Assembly: GCA_026770705.1 (NCBI GenBank)
Contig: JANJGN010000041.1
Location: forward strand, 3,162,001-3,226,000
Length of the DNA: 64,000 bases
Origin: Isurus oxyrinchus
Taxonomy: Eukaryota
Reading direction: 5' to 3'
Below the pieces are notes generated by a model, which saw nothing but the letters and a program-made list of their open reading frames with translations, was not told the origin of the DNA and did not search any database. Shown here piece after piece: positions 39,846 to 51,649 of the stretch. The position numbers and the translations under genes were made by a program. Position 1 is the stretch's first letter, and the number at the start of each line of letters is the position of its first letter.

Positions 39846-40382
39846 TCAATAGACAAGTGACTAAGACATCGGAATATCTTCTGCACACACAGCAATCTGT
39901 TTCAGCCAGACTACGAGATATCCTCTCTGCATACAGATTTGTAAAAATATCGCTGTCGTAGTGAGTATCTGATCTGACAGGGATCCCGGTATTGAAATAT
40001 TGGAAACTGGATGATAACCATTAGCAACGGCTGCAAATATTTCAAGCATAATTTTGCAGAATGCGAATTAGCCTCTGCACAGATATTCACAGATTATGTT
40101 TTCACCAAGTTGAAACTCGGTTTGCAATTGATTATGATAATTATTGCAGAGCCTACACGGTTACATGACATTGCATAAAGCAACAATAAGGTGTCAGCAG
40201 TGGAGAAAATGGAATGAATGATATAGCAACAGCAAGAAATCTATTAACGTTATGGTTAAACGTACATCCCTTCTATGATGATTTCCCAAAATTAAAGAAA
40301 TTATTTCATGTTATCGGAACCGGCGTTTGAGAAGAAGATCAACATCCATTTATATGTGCAATGATTGTATTTAGGCTCTTAC

Positions 40383-40452
40383 CAGGAACACCAATAGCCG
40401 CAAGAATAGGATAGAAAATGGCTTCTATCTGGCGAAGTATCTTTAATCCCAT
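40383..40452 (-). CDS. First coding exon of GPCR copy 2 (MGLKILRQIEAIFYPILAAIGVP, phase-1 donor)
   Basis: ATG at 40452-40450; 70 nt = 23 codons + 1 nt, ending CCTG|GTAAGA (canonical donor). Joins the phase-1 acceptor at 34624 to give ...IGVPANVVAIVIL, a complete TM1. The intron is 5759 nt. Confidence 0.85.
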
Positions 40453-40709
40453 CTTTATTAGGAGGCGTCTTTCCTGCAGAGATTGATGCACAAGGTGAAA
40501 TGAACGTTTGACCTGAAACGTAGAGATCATCTTCTTCTTTAAATTCAGCTCAGGAAATTAAAAGAAACACGTTTAAATCACAGGAGATTTGGAAGTAGAT
40601 GCCACGTTAATTAAACTAGAGCGTCAGGTTAAAACTAGAGCGACAGGATTCCCAGCATGGAACAGAGAAAAGCTGTTACCTTTACCTAACATGAAGCCCT
40701 TTATTTAAC

Positions 40710-41005
40710 TAATCAAACCCACGACCACTACAATCTCGAAAGACAAAGGCAACATGAACATGGGAACGCCACTCGCTGAATGTTGCTCTCCAAGACACTC
40801 ATCGTCTGATCGGGACAAATATCCGCGTTTCTTCATAGCCTCTCTGTCAAATTAGTGGATCCTCCCTGACGATACCGTGGATGTAAGTACACAACAGAGA
40901 CCGCAGCAGGTTACCACACACTTCAGAAGTGAAATTAGAGATAGGCAATAAAGGCTGGCCTTGTCAGCGTTGCCTTCATCCACGAATGAAAAGAAGGACA
41001 AAAAT
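40710..41005 (+). mobile_element. Family A LINE 3' end
   Basis: catgggaacgccac and ggcaataaaggctggccttgtcagcgttgccttcatccacgaatgaaaa (family tail). Confidence 0.65.
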
Positions 41006-42249
41006 TTATATTGTTAGTCCAAGGTCATGTTAATAAACGTACATTGGAAAACGAGAGCTTTGAGAATGGGTTTGTAAATGGCTCGTATCTGATGAAGTAC
41101 AACAACTGATATCCACTGCGAGAGGAGCTAACTCCTGTTGAAAGCGATACACGGAGCCTGTTGGAAAACATGAAATATGGCAGTCAGAGAAGCTGTTATA
41201 TAGGCAGCAGATAAATCCCCATAAGGGCATTCATGTCCCCTAAAGAAAACAATTAGTTTCAGTCAATGAACAAACAGGTTACGTCAGTCACTCTCCTTTT
41301 GAAAGGAACTGTTTCAAAATGAAACGTCGAACAATGGAATGATGTGCGAGGTGAATAACACTGAAGGGGCTATTTTAGCGAGCAACTGGTAGATCCCACA
41401 GTGGAAAGTCCTGTCGGGAAAGGATTGACACACACAGCGATGTCAGGAATCAAATTGATACTAATTTAGATCAAAGTGATTCGAGGGAACTCAATCGACC
41501 TGAACTGCCCTGAGAGGTGATGGGGGAAATTTCAGATGTTCACCACTGCCATGTGTTTCCGGTCACATTCTATGTTCCAACAGGGCATATGTGTGATGTA
41601 TTTCTTTGAAATTTAAGCTTCCAGAAGGAACTCATACGCTCCCCAGATCTTTCCGTGGATTTTTCTGGCACTGACACTTCCGTCAGTGACTTGACCTACA
41701 TATTCTGTCGTTGCCCATAAATTTGCACCATTCCGGCTGGAAATTATAGATGCAACCGTTGGACCTGGGAGGTTGGCGTTGTTGGTGCCTTGATGTGCAA
41801 TAGTGCAGAGTGATGCTTGAACTGAATGAAAAAAAAATGTTTTTGAGAAATTAATGGTATATATAGAGTACATCGCTGGGAAGGCAATCCAATCTGAACT
41901 TAAAACTCTTGGCCCTCAAATCTATTCTGGTCAGAATCATTAGCAGATGTATTCACTGATTATAATCAACCCAAATCGACGGGGCCTGCAGCTTTGGTGT
42001 GGGCTGCATTTCAAACAAACACCAAAACCAGAATAGTTAAGGTCAGTAGGTTATTTCGCCACTTGAGCCTGTTCTGCAACTCGGAAAATTCATGTTTTAT
42101 CTGATCCTGGTCTCATCTACACTCTCCTGCCTGGTCTCCCCAAACCAACATCTTCCGCCAAACCCTTCCGCCACCTCCCTCACACCACGCTCATACAGCC
42201 TCATGAACCTAGTCTCCCTTATTGGTCAATAAACAATCCAGCTCATGGA

Positions 42250-43260
42250 TATGCGACAGCCCGAAACAGATGTTCAGTGCCATTCAATCTATGACAATGA
42301 CGACATAATTAGAGGGATGCAAAGTGGTTCGGCAGTATGAATTCATTTCCTGCCACTTGCATCACCAATTAAGGCTTGTTAATGTGTCCAGTTCTGTTTG
42401 TCACATATTTGCCGGTATTTGTCCAAGCATGCACTCCAAGAACTTGACACATTCATTTCAGCACCACCGGCAGCCTTTTCAAAGACGCAAGAATAAAACC
42501 TTTCACTGGGAAGCTACAGAGAGAAGTCATATTCTCGGACCAATGTGCTCTCATACGTCAGTATCCGGAGGCATTCAGCTGCGTCCTGAGCATTAGTTTG
42601 CAAACTCAGAATGTTTTTCATTGGCAATATAACTGAGGATAGAGATGCTATATCAAACCGTTGCTGATGACGTGCTCCAAGATACCACAGCTGCTTTGAA
42701 TAACGCACCACTCTTTTCAGTCCGGAAGTTTTGTTATCTTGGCAGCATGCATTCCTGGGGCACTAACTGGATGGGCAAATTACCCACCGCCTGACAAAAA
42801 CAAGCTCGGCACGTGGCAGGATTGTCTCACTGACTTCTGCAAAAAGAACATGGATTTGCCCTCAGATAGAAGATCAAGATCTGCCAGGCAGTGTTTCTTA
42901 TATCACTTCCATATCAGTGCGAATCTTGTACAACCTATCGGCCTGGTAGATACCTAATGAAAACTTTCCAACTTAACTGTCTGTGAACTATTTACAACGG
43001 TTGTTAGCAGGAGAAAATCCGCAAAGCCGATGATCTTGCAAAGTGCAGCATGCCTGACATCGAGAAAATGTTCATTAGAGCCCCGCTGGCTGGGTCAGTC
43101 AGGCCCGTTCATCCAGAAAATTCCTGCGTACAAACAAGCCACACTCAGTGAGCACGGGAAGCTCCACTACAGGATGCCTGAAATCTCAAAGCCAAACTCA
43201 GATGTTGCAAGCTCGATCCCAATACATGGGATCCTGACACTACCTTACTAAAAGCAACGC
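42250..43260 (+). mobile_element. RTE-like LINE RT fragment, very decayed
   Basis: aagttttgttatcttggcagc (KFCYLGS), gagatgctatatcaa (E-LYQ) and cgctggctgggtca (RWLG) in RTE-typical order. Confidence 0.5.
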
Positions 43261-44259
43261 GGTGTGCCTGCGCCACATGAAGCAGACAGATGGTGCACCA
43301 GAATCCTTATACTAAAATAGGGGTTCACAGTTCTGCTTCAGGCGACAAGCCCTGTGGGGATGGAGGATTGGGTACAGGGGCAAGGCTGTGATTCCTGGAG
43401 GCCCCCAGCCAATGTCCTCTACCAATGCCTCCGATATGTGGCGGTCGTCGGGTACATTTTTCGGGAAAAATTTGCCTTTCCATACCTGCTTCTGCCACTT
43501 AGCAGTCCACGTCCAAATGGGCGGCCATATAGCATGTTGTAAGAATAGGTCACCCTAATGCACCGAAGCCTTAACACCAGGGAGAGGGAGGAGAATGCTG
43601 CCAATCACTCAGCTTGGCATCACCCGGTCCTTCCAATCAAAAACCGCTTCCGGTCTCAGCGGCTCAACAGAGTCGTGGAAAGGCTGAGCCAGAACAAGGA
43701 GAAGTGAAACAATCTGTGACTTTGATTTCAACTCCTCAGTGGTAAAAACGGTGGAAGAAAATGTAGGTCCAGAATGTGACTCCTCAGTTATCTGAAATCG
43801 CACTGAGCCTAACGGATTTCATTCTAGGTACTGAGGGAATGCCACTGACATCAAAGAGATGAAATGCACAATTTCAGGAAGGTAGGGCATCTCCACATTT
43901 TCAAGGGCAATTTGGATCGAACATTAACTTGGCCCATCTAACCACATCCCCGCCACATGAAAGGATATATTTGAAAATATGATTGTGAACAAACATTCAG
44001 CACAACTAAATGTAGGAATCATCCAGTGATTTCAGCCTTTGTGGAGAACAGAGTCAAGCGCCTTAAGGAGAAGGAAAGGCGGGCAAGGTCAGTTTATTCC
44101 CCCTGAATGTACTTTTTATGCAGAAATTGGCAATCGATTGTGCAAGTATAGACCTGATCTAATCTCACTCGTGATATCACACTGACATTTTTTGCAGCGG
44201 ACTCACTTGTCGAAGGTTTGGGAGAAATAATCATCAAGATAGTTATACGGACTGACGAA

Positions 44260-44342
44260 AAGACAGACAGACAGACACATAGATGCACAGACAGACAAAC
44301 ATTCCAATGGATAGACTGATTAGAAGAGAAAGTTTCATGCGG

Positions 44343-44374
<32 letters not shown>

Positions 44375-44492
44375 ACGAGCAACAAATTGAGCTTGCGAGT
44401 GAAAAAGCAAGGGAATGTGAGACCGAGATGGATGGATAGATAGATATATATGGAGTTGGATAGATAGTTAGATGGATGGATAGATAGATTGA
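44260..44492. repeat. Compound microsatellite (GACA)n/(GA)n/(GGAT)n/(GATA)n
   Basis: Directly visible tracts at 44260-44300, 44343-44372, 44427-44450 and 44459-44490. Confidence 0.85.
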
Positions 44493-45269
44493 AAGATAAG
44501 AACATGAAGGGCTGAAATATAAGTCCTTCTTGCAACAAATAACCCCTGTGGATCATTGACAAAGACGACCTTGAAGCAAAAAAGGTGATTGTGATTTAAA
44601 AAGAAACACAAAAACGCAATGAATGTATACGTACGAATATTGAACACGAATAAAATTGGGAATTTCGCCTGACAAATCCCCCTTAATATCAAATCAGATA
44701 TGACGTCCAGGAATTCGGTCTCTGACATTCGAATCTAGTAGCAAATAAAACAATTTGAAGGATAGCAATTTCCTCATGACCTTTATCATTTATGTTCATC
44801 AGTAAAGCGATTGCTATTTTTTTCTACAAGAAGAGGCCGACGTCTGGGAACACTGTTTAACTCAACTGATCACTCCCCAAAATATGTGCAGTATCTCCAA
44901 GGGACAATTGTGGAATGCGTCAGGTTGGAAACATGGGCTGGCCAAATGGAGTTGGGGGTTGGTGGGTGGGGGTGCTGGGTTTTGCGGGTGATGCTGCTGG
45001 GAGGGGTCCTTGTACAATTGGTGTGAAGGGAAAGGGAATTCTACCAGTGGATTGCCCAATGCAAGTTTGCTTATTCTGAGTACTATGATGTCTAATCAGT
45101 GAGAGGAACCTTCATGTTGTTAATGCCAATTCTTCAACAGACAATGATACCATTTGCGACCAGCCCCACGATTCTTCATTTTCCTTGCTGTCAAGCCCCT
45201 CCAAACGCTGAAAACCTGAAGTAGCAGTGGACAATGCTGCACACGAACTCTGTTTTAGTTATTTTAATC

Positions 45270-46089
45270 ATATCCGAGTACATTCTTCAAATGCATTCGC
45301 AACATATTCGGTAACATAATATACATGCAGATCATTGTGCATAACTGAGGAGCTCCAGAAGGATGTCAATAACTTGGCTAAATTGTCTGCATGCGTTAAA
45401 CTGGACAACACATCCAACATCTGCTACCACAGAGAATAAACCATAAATGCTGACAATAACTAGCTGCATTTTATTGAGAGGACAAAAAATTAAATGTTGC
45501 ATTCCCTTCGATTTTCCATCTCCCTGAAAGCCCGGAGTCTCCTGCAGCTTCTGCTGGTCAGTAACCTGTGCCTGACAGTGAAACTACTGACCAGCAGAAG
45601 AAGGACAAGTGTTCTCTCCCTGGTTAGAATGTGATTGAGGAACTTGATTATTCTCCAGGACAGAGAATGCGGGTCATTTATTGCCTCATCACTGAGCGGG
45701 TTTTTATTGGTAGCCAATACTCATTTGACAACAATAAATATCAGGAAAGGTTCCTTGAACAGCCCAAAAAATTTGAGTATTACCTGAAGCTTAGCCGCTG
45801 TTTGTCCAGCACAATACTTACATTTCAGATTTTGCCAACAAAAGGCTACAAAGCTTTGAATGGTGCGAGTGACTGTGAACCAGTCAGAAAAGTCAGTGGC
45901 TGATAGCTTTGGCATTACACACGGGGTTGGAGTTCAAGAAACGAAACTCTTTTTAGAAAACAATCAGAAAGTGTCGAAATGTTAGGCTGAGGAAAACAGG
46001 TTTGCCACTGTCATAGTCACCACTTGCTGAGTGTCACATTTGGAGAGACCACACTTCCTGCAAATGTGTCCGAATCATCACTATGTTAG
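45270..46089 (-). pseudogene. GPCR copy 3, heavily decayed terminal exon of the same family
   Basis: Acceptor ccccttacgctcAG|CTAAC (A-N) at 46090. Then RKCGLSKC and MTVANL; ORF 45721..45915 SDWFTVTRTIQSFVAFCWQNLKCKYC (matches SVWFTVVFTFDRFVVICCKQLRKQYC); ORF 45490..45717 LLLLVSSFTVRHRLLTSRSCRRLR..EMENRRE (TM5/ICL3); TM7 remnant ctcctcagtt..tgcacaa..atctgcatgtat near 45320-45355. Many indels and stops. Confidence 0.8.
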
Positions 46090-47079
46090 CTGAGCGTAAG
46101 GGGACTATACAATACCAAACTAACAAGCTTCAGTCAGGACTTACTGAATATTTCAGAATCATTCTATCTTACTGATCAGATGGTTAATGATACGCGGGAA
46201 GGCACAAAGAATTAATGGAAATTATTGGAGAAGCAAAGACGCTTTGAGGGAGGAAGTCAGAAGTTATGGGGTAAGCAGGGATTTTCGCTTGGGATGGCTG
46301 AGGGAGGAGCTAGTGTTCATGGGGGAAGCTGAGGCTATTGAGGCAAAACTTTTCACGAGCGAAGATATGTGTTGATGGATGTACCCGGGCGGTCAGCCTA
46401 GGAATGACGGTGTGGATACAAGTAAAGCAGGGTTGAAGGGGGAAAATTGCATATGGTGAGACATCATGGAGGAATGGGGACATTAGGTTTGATGGTGTGA
46501 ACAGGAGTATTACGGGGAGCTAGGGTGCCATGGGAGTTTTGGGAGACGCGTTGTAGTGGTGTCACTGATTGAGGAAAAGCTGGTGTAACATGGGGGAGAA
46601 GATCTAATGTTGTTTGAGTGCAGGATGGGACGGGAGCGCGGTAAGGCAGAGTTCTTGGCAGAGCAATGCTTTAAGGGTCTGTTCTCCCGAGCAGCCTCTC
46701 AATATGATAGGAGCCACCCGCAATAAAAACAAAGAATGATTTTACATACGTCCTGAGCAATCAGCTCAACATCTTGATGGAAGATTTGCTTGCACATGAT
46801 ACAACTCCTCGTTTTTTTTCTTAGGTGAGCTCAACAGCATATTTGCATCATTGCAGGCTGCAGAGAGGTTACATTCAGAGATTTCACCACTACAAGCACT
46901 GCAAGGTACGGGCCACGAACACTCTTTATCTCTCCATGGTATCTGTCAGGCCTGGCATGTACATCCACAACAGCCAGAAGTCATATTGAATTAAATATAA
47001 CGTTTAGAGGTGTTTTGGTTAATCATTATCAAACAAAGTATGAAAAAATTGTGCAAGCACGCTATTACTAGCGGTGAGA

Positions 47080-48362
47080 TGAGTACGAGTGCTCTTGACA
47101 TAAAGGCAGCATTTGACCGAGTGTGGCATCAAGGAGCCGGAACAAAAATGGGGCCAACTGGAAACTCACCTTAGGCGCAAAGGAAGAGGGCACACTGCAG
47201 GATTTCCTCAGGTTAATTCCCGAGTGCCAACCAGCGTCTGTTGCTTCATCAATGTGTATCCATCTATCATATGGTCAGAAGTGGGGATGTTCAATGATGT
47301 TTGCACAATGTTCAGGAGCATTTGCGATTCCTCAGGTAATGAAGCAGCCCAGGTTCAAATGCCACACGAACTGGTCAGGACGTTGCGGCCTCTCCCAACC
47401 GGCGGGGCATTACGTGCCTGCCGCACTTGTAGTGAATAACATAGCTCTTCTCATCCTCCAAGGAGTGTGGTGATGGGCGTGGAGTGTGGGTTGGATGGTT
47501 AGTCGCGAGAAACACCGTGTCAGGAAAAACAAATATTGGCTCTGGAAAATATGCAGCCTGTCGCTGAATATCTGCAAGGAAAAACTACTTCATAAAAGTG
47601 CCTGGCAATGACAATTTACAGCAAGAGAGAATCTAACCATTGTCCCTGACTAACAAAGGCATCACCATCACCATCAAGAGCAACATCCAGGAGGCCACCA
47701 TTTACCAGAAACTGATCTGGACTAGTCTCACATTTACTGTGGCTACAAAAGCAGATCAGAAGCCAGGAATCGCCCAGGAAATTACTTATTTCCTGATTCG
47801 CCAAAGGGTGTCCACTACCTATAAGGCACAAGTCAGGAGTTGGACTGAATACTCTCCACTGTCAAAGATGAAGGCAGCTCCAAAATCACTCCAGCAACTC
47901 CTCACAATCCAGGACAAAACAGCCCCCTTGATTATGATACCAAACCAAACATACACTCCCTCCACCAACGATGCACAGCAGGAGTGTGTACCATCTATAA
48001 GATGCATTGCACCAAATCACGAAGACCTCTTCGGCTGCACCTTCTAATTCTGCGGCCAATTCCCTGTCGAAGGGCAAGGTCAGCAGATGGATGGGAACAA
48101 GACAATATTTAATCTCCTCCCCAAGACACGGACCATCCAAGTTTGGAAAGACATCGGTGTTCCCTAACTGTCGCTGGGTCAATATCCTTTGATACGACAA
48201 TACCTCCCTCCACCACCCCCTAACCACACTGTGGGTGTAGGTATACCACAGAGACCAGAACCTTTCAATAGGCTGCTCACCACCACCTTCACAAGGGCAA
48301 CTAGGGATGGGCAATACATTTCCGCCAGCCATCAAGGCCTCCATCCCATGAATGAATAAAAG
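47080..48362 (+). mobile_element. Family A LINE, RT to 3' tail, internally deleted
   Basis: cttgacataaaggcagcatttgaccgagtgtggcatcaagga (LDIKAAFDRVWHQG), TYKAQVRSWTEYSPL, and tail gggcaactagggatgggcaata..catcccatgaatgaataaa. Confidence 0.85.
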
Positions 48363-51300
48363 AACCCTCAAATGATGATTTATTGGCCCATATGATAAAC
48401 TGGGTTGCAAAAAGCCTGGCTCAGGAGGCACCAAACTAATCGAATTAATTGTCTCGCACAGGACTGGGAGCAATGCCCTCATCGGGAGAGATCAGGTCAG
48501 TTGGTGGAACTCAAAGTGGCTGGTGAATGGATGCTGACGATGGTCCACTGTAGACAAGGCTGAACCTTGACACAAAATCGCAGTTTAGCGTGACACATAG
48601 CCTTTTGCTAACCGTGATGAAGCCACTGCCTCATAAAACATCACCTAAGACAGAGACAGTTCTGCAATAATCATTTACGTTGTACCGGGAGCAAGAGATT
48701 TCTTAGTCAGGGACATCCTCATGAAGTGGGGGACATGGGCTGGGGAGTTTTTCCATTATTCTTTCGGGGGAACGGGAAAATGGGGCGAGGCCAATCAGCA
48801 ACAGCTAAAGAGGGAGACAGGGGCAACAGGGTGATTTGGTGCCTTCACTCCCCTCCTCCACTTCCCCTGAGGCAGACGCTCCGGAAAAGCTAGACCCCCG
48901 TCGGAAAAGGCGCTTTATTAAAAAATCGCCAAGGTAGCAGCTCCCTTCAAACGTTGATTAAAAGCTACCCATATTGTTTTACGATTGAACCCAATGATAT
49001 TTGACACTCAGCAATGGACATCCTGTCCATTCAAAGCATAACCAGATAGGGTGTCTGTCCATTTCTGTCCCCGGATTATGCCTGAATAGTTTTCACTTAA
49101 ATGGAGCTAATTTATACACCACAGCACCCTCTATGGTAGTGACTTCCACGTTCTCACCTCTCCCCAGGGAAGTAAGCATTGTTGAATTCCCTTTGAGTTT
49201 TCTTGGCGATTGTCTTTTATTTAAGACCTCCAGATATAAGCATCGTCTCTAGAGCAAACATTCGCTCTGCATCCAACTTATTAAAATCTTTCATAATTTT
49301 AAATATATAGATATGAGGAGCCCATTCGGTACATTCAGCCTTTCTAGTCTCGCTCCTTCTATCTCTATTTCTTTCACATAGTTTCCAACACGTGGCGTAG
49401 TCACTTCACTGGAACACACCTCTTGTGTCCCTGCATGCATACATGATGGCGTGCATGGGGGCAAGCGAGAGTGTTTTTGGCTTTCACTAGTGACTAATGA
49501 ATAACATTTGGTCAGACTGTTTTGTAATTGACGATGTTCACCTCGTGAACATGTTCATTTTAAGCAGGCATCCAGGTTAGGACTCGTTTTGCCCGAGGCG
49601 ACATCTTGGGTCAGGCATTTCGAGACAGTGCCTCCTATGGACATCAACTAAAAATAGTGAGTGCAGTGCTCCTTGAGCATGCTGGACACCTCCTAGATTT
49701 CACCGCGGGGAAGGGAGCTCTTGGTTATTGGCATCTTGCAAGGTGTCCCCTTGGAGGTCGAATGGTGGGGGAGGAAGCAGGATCTGTTTTAGGGAGAAAG
49801 TGACAGGAGGGTGAAGTGTCATCAATCACCCCTGCTGCAGTGAGTACCTTTCTTTCTCTGTTATATTTCCGGTCGAATCCCTCTGAGCTGTTCCTACAGA
49901 CTGTGCTCCGTCAACCTAAGCAGGAGAGTCACTGGGCAGGCTTATGCTGTATGCCAGCCAGTCCACTACACACAAAGAACGTGCAAGGTGCCCACAGATA
50001 ATCTGAGAAGAATATTGTGCTTAATCGGGAATTGGGTGCAAGTGAGTGCAACTGTTTCCGTGTTAACCGTAACTGGCAAGTTTAAATTAATTTCATTGCC
50101 AGCCAGGAACAAAAATAGGAAAAATACTTTCAGGGCCAGTTTCAAACCTCACACTGAAGCGCACCCTTCAGCGTTTTTCAAGTCTAACGAGAGGTTTTGT
50201 TATGTGGACCCGCGGCAATGGACAGCCTGGTTGCTCAACAAACTGACCAGCAATGGGCTGTTGGATCCTACCCTGTCATGATTCATGATTTTCCCATCCA
50301 CATGCCTTCGTGCCAAGCGATCAGGCTGGATTGCAAATAGCCGCCGGTCAGCCCTGTTCCCAGGCAAATTCTTAACAGACTCATAAGCTTCCGAACACGA
50401 CACACATGTTCTCAAGTCAGTTGAAGGGCATTTAGCACAGAGCATCCAAACTGCATAGCGCACACACGACCAGCCTTTTATCATGCACTCCCATTCCTGA
50501 GTGCAGTTTAGACTCCAACCAATGCCCACCTTTGGAATACAACTAAAGCCGAACAAAAGTGAGAGACATTAAGGACCAGGAAGCCATTCAGCCCAACGAG
50601 TTCCCACAGCTGCAAGGTAGTGTGGGATCAATGGGAAAAGGGGACATGGGAAGAAGGGGTGGATAATGGAGAGCCGGGAAGATAGCAAGTTGGGGGTTGT
50701 TGTTTTGAGTGGGGTGGTACAAGGGGCTGGAGCAACCGGAGTGGCAGGGAAATTCGGCTGTGCAGTTGTCATGAAGGGGGGAGACAAAGTGTCCAATGTA
50801 GGTGCAGCTGCAGGATGTTGCCCCCGCTAATCAGTAACTCCAGGGAAAAGGAAACATTTCTCTGGACTCACTGATTAACTCACTGATTCTGAAACAAAGA
50901 GCTCAGTTCACGACTTTCAACCGTGTCCCAGGGGATAGCAGTGCAGGAATATTGTATTCCACCGTAGGCATACACTTAGGAAGGACATACGCTTACCAAA
51001 CCATTCTGTGGTACTGTTCGGATACTAACCAGGGTGCCTTCCTTCTGGGGCATCACATCAGCAAATAGGTACATGGTCCCTGAAATAGTTCCGCTTAATA
51101 GATGTTAATTGTCATAAGAGAATGCTGAGCTAGCTGGTGAGTCATTAGTTGTTCTATAACAACACAGGCTTATTCAACGTGCACATCGAAATGGACGTGT
51201 AGATACGCAGCTACGTCTGACACACATCTAGATTGATTAAGCAGTTGAGAATTTGCATCATATGAGAATTTGGGAAAGTGAGGTCAAGACGTGTTTTTTT

Positions 51301-51649
51301 TCCCCACTTTCGTCAGCATCCGGTCATTGCACAGTTTTCCTCCTCATCCCCAAAATAGCTGAGTGCAACATTCTGGGAACGTACCTCTGTAAAGTATTAA
51401 TTAATTGGCTAATTAAATGAGCGTCAGTGTCAGCAGTGGCAGGTTGGTGGTGGCCATTTTAGCAGAATGTAGGTATCGATGAAATACACTGAGCGGGATT
51501 ATGCTTTGTGGAAATTTTCAGGCATTTGTGGGGAGGCAATGGGGGCAAATGTTGTTTGGACACTTTGCTCCAGAAGGCAGTCATTCCCCATACGTTAGAG
51601 AGAACTTGACATTGGTGAATAGTCAGAAGCTGGACTGTGAGTGCATGCC

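Noticed and set aside
50975-51060. Minus-strand ATG..|GTAAGC segment as the first exon of copy 3
   Set aside because: The translation (MPQKEGTLVSIRTVPQNGL) bears no resemblance to the family TM1 exon.
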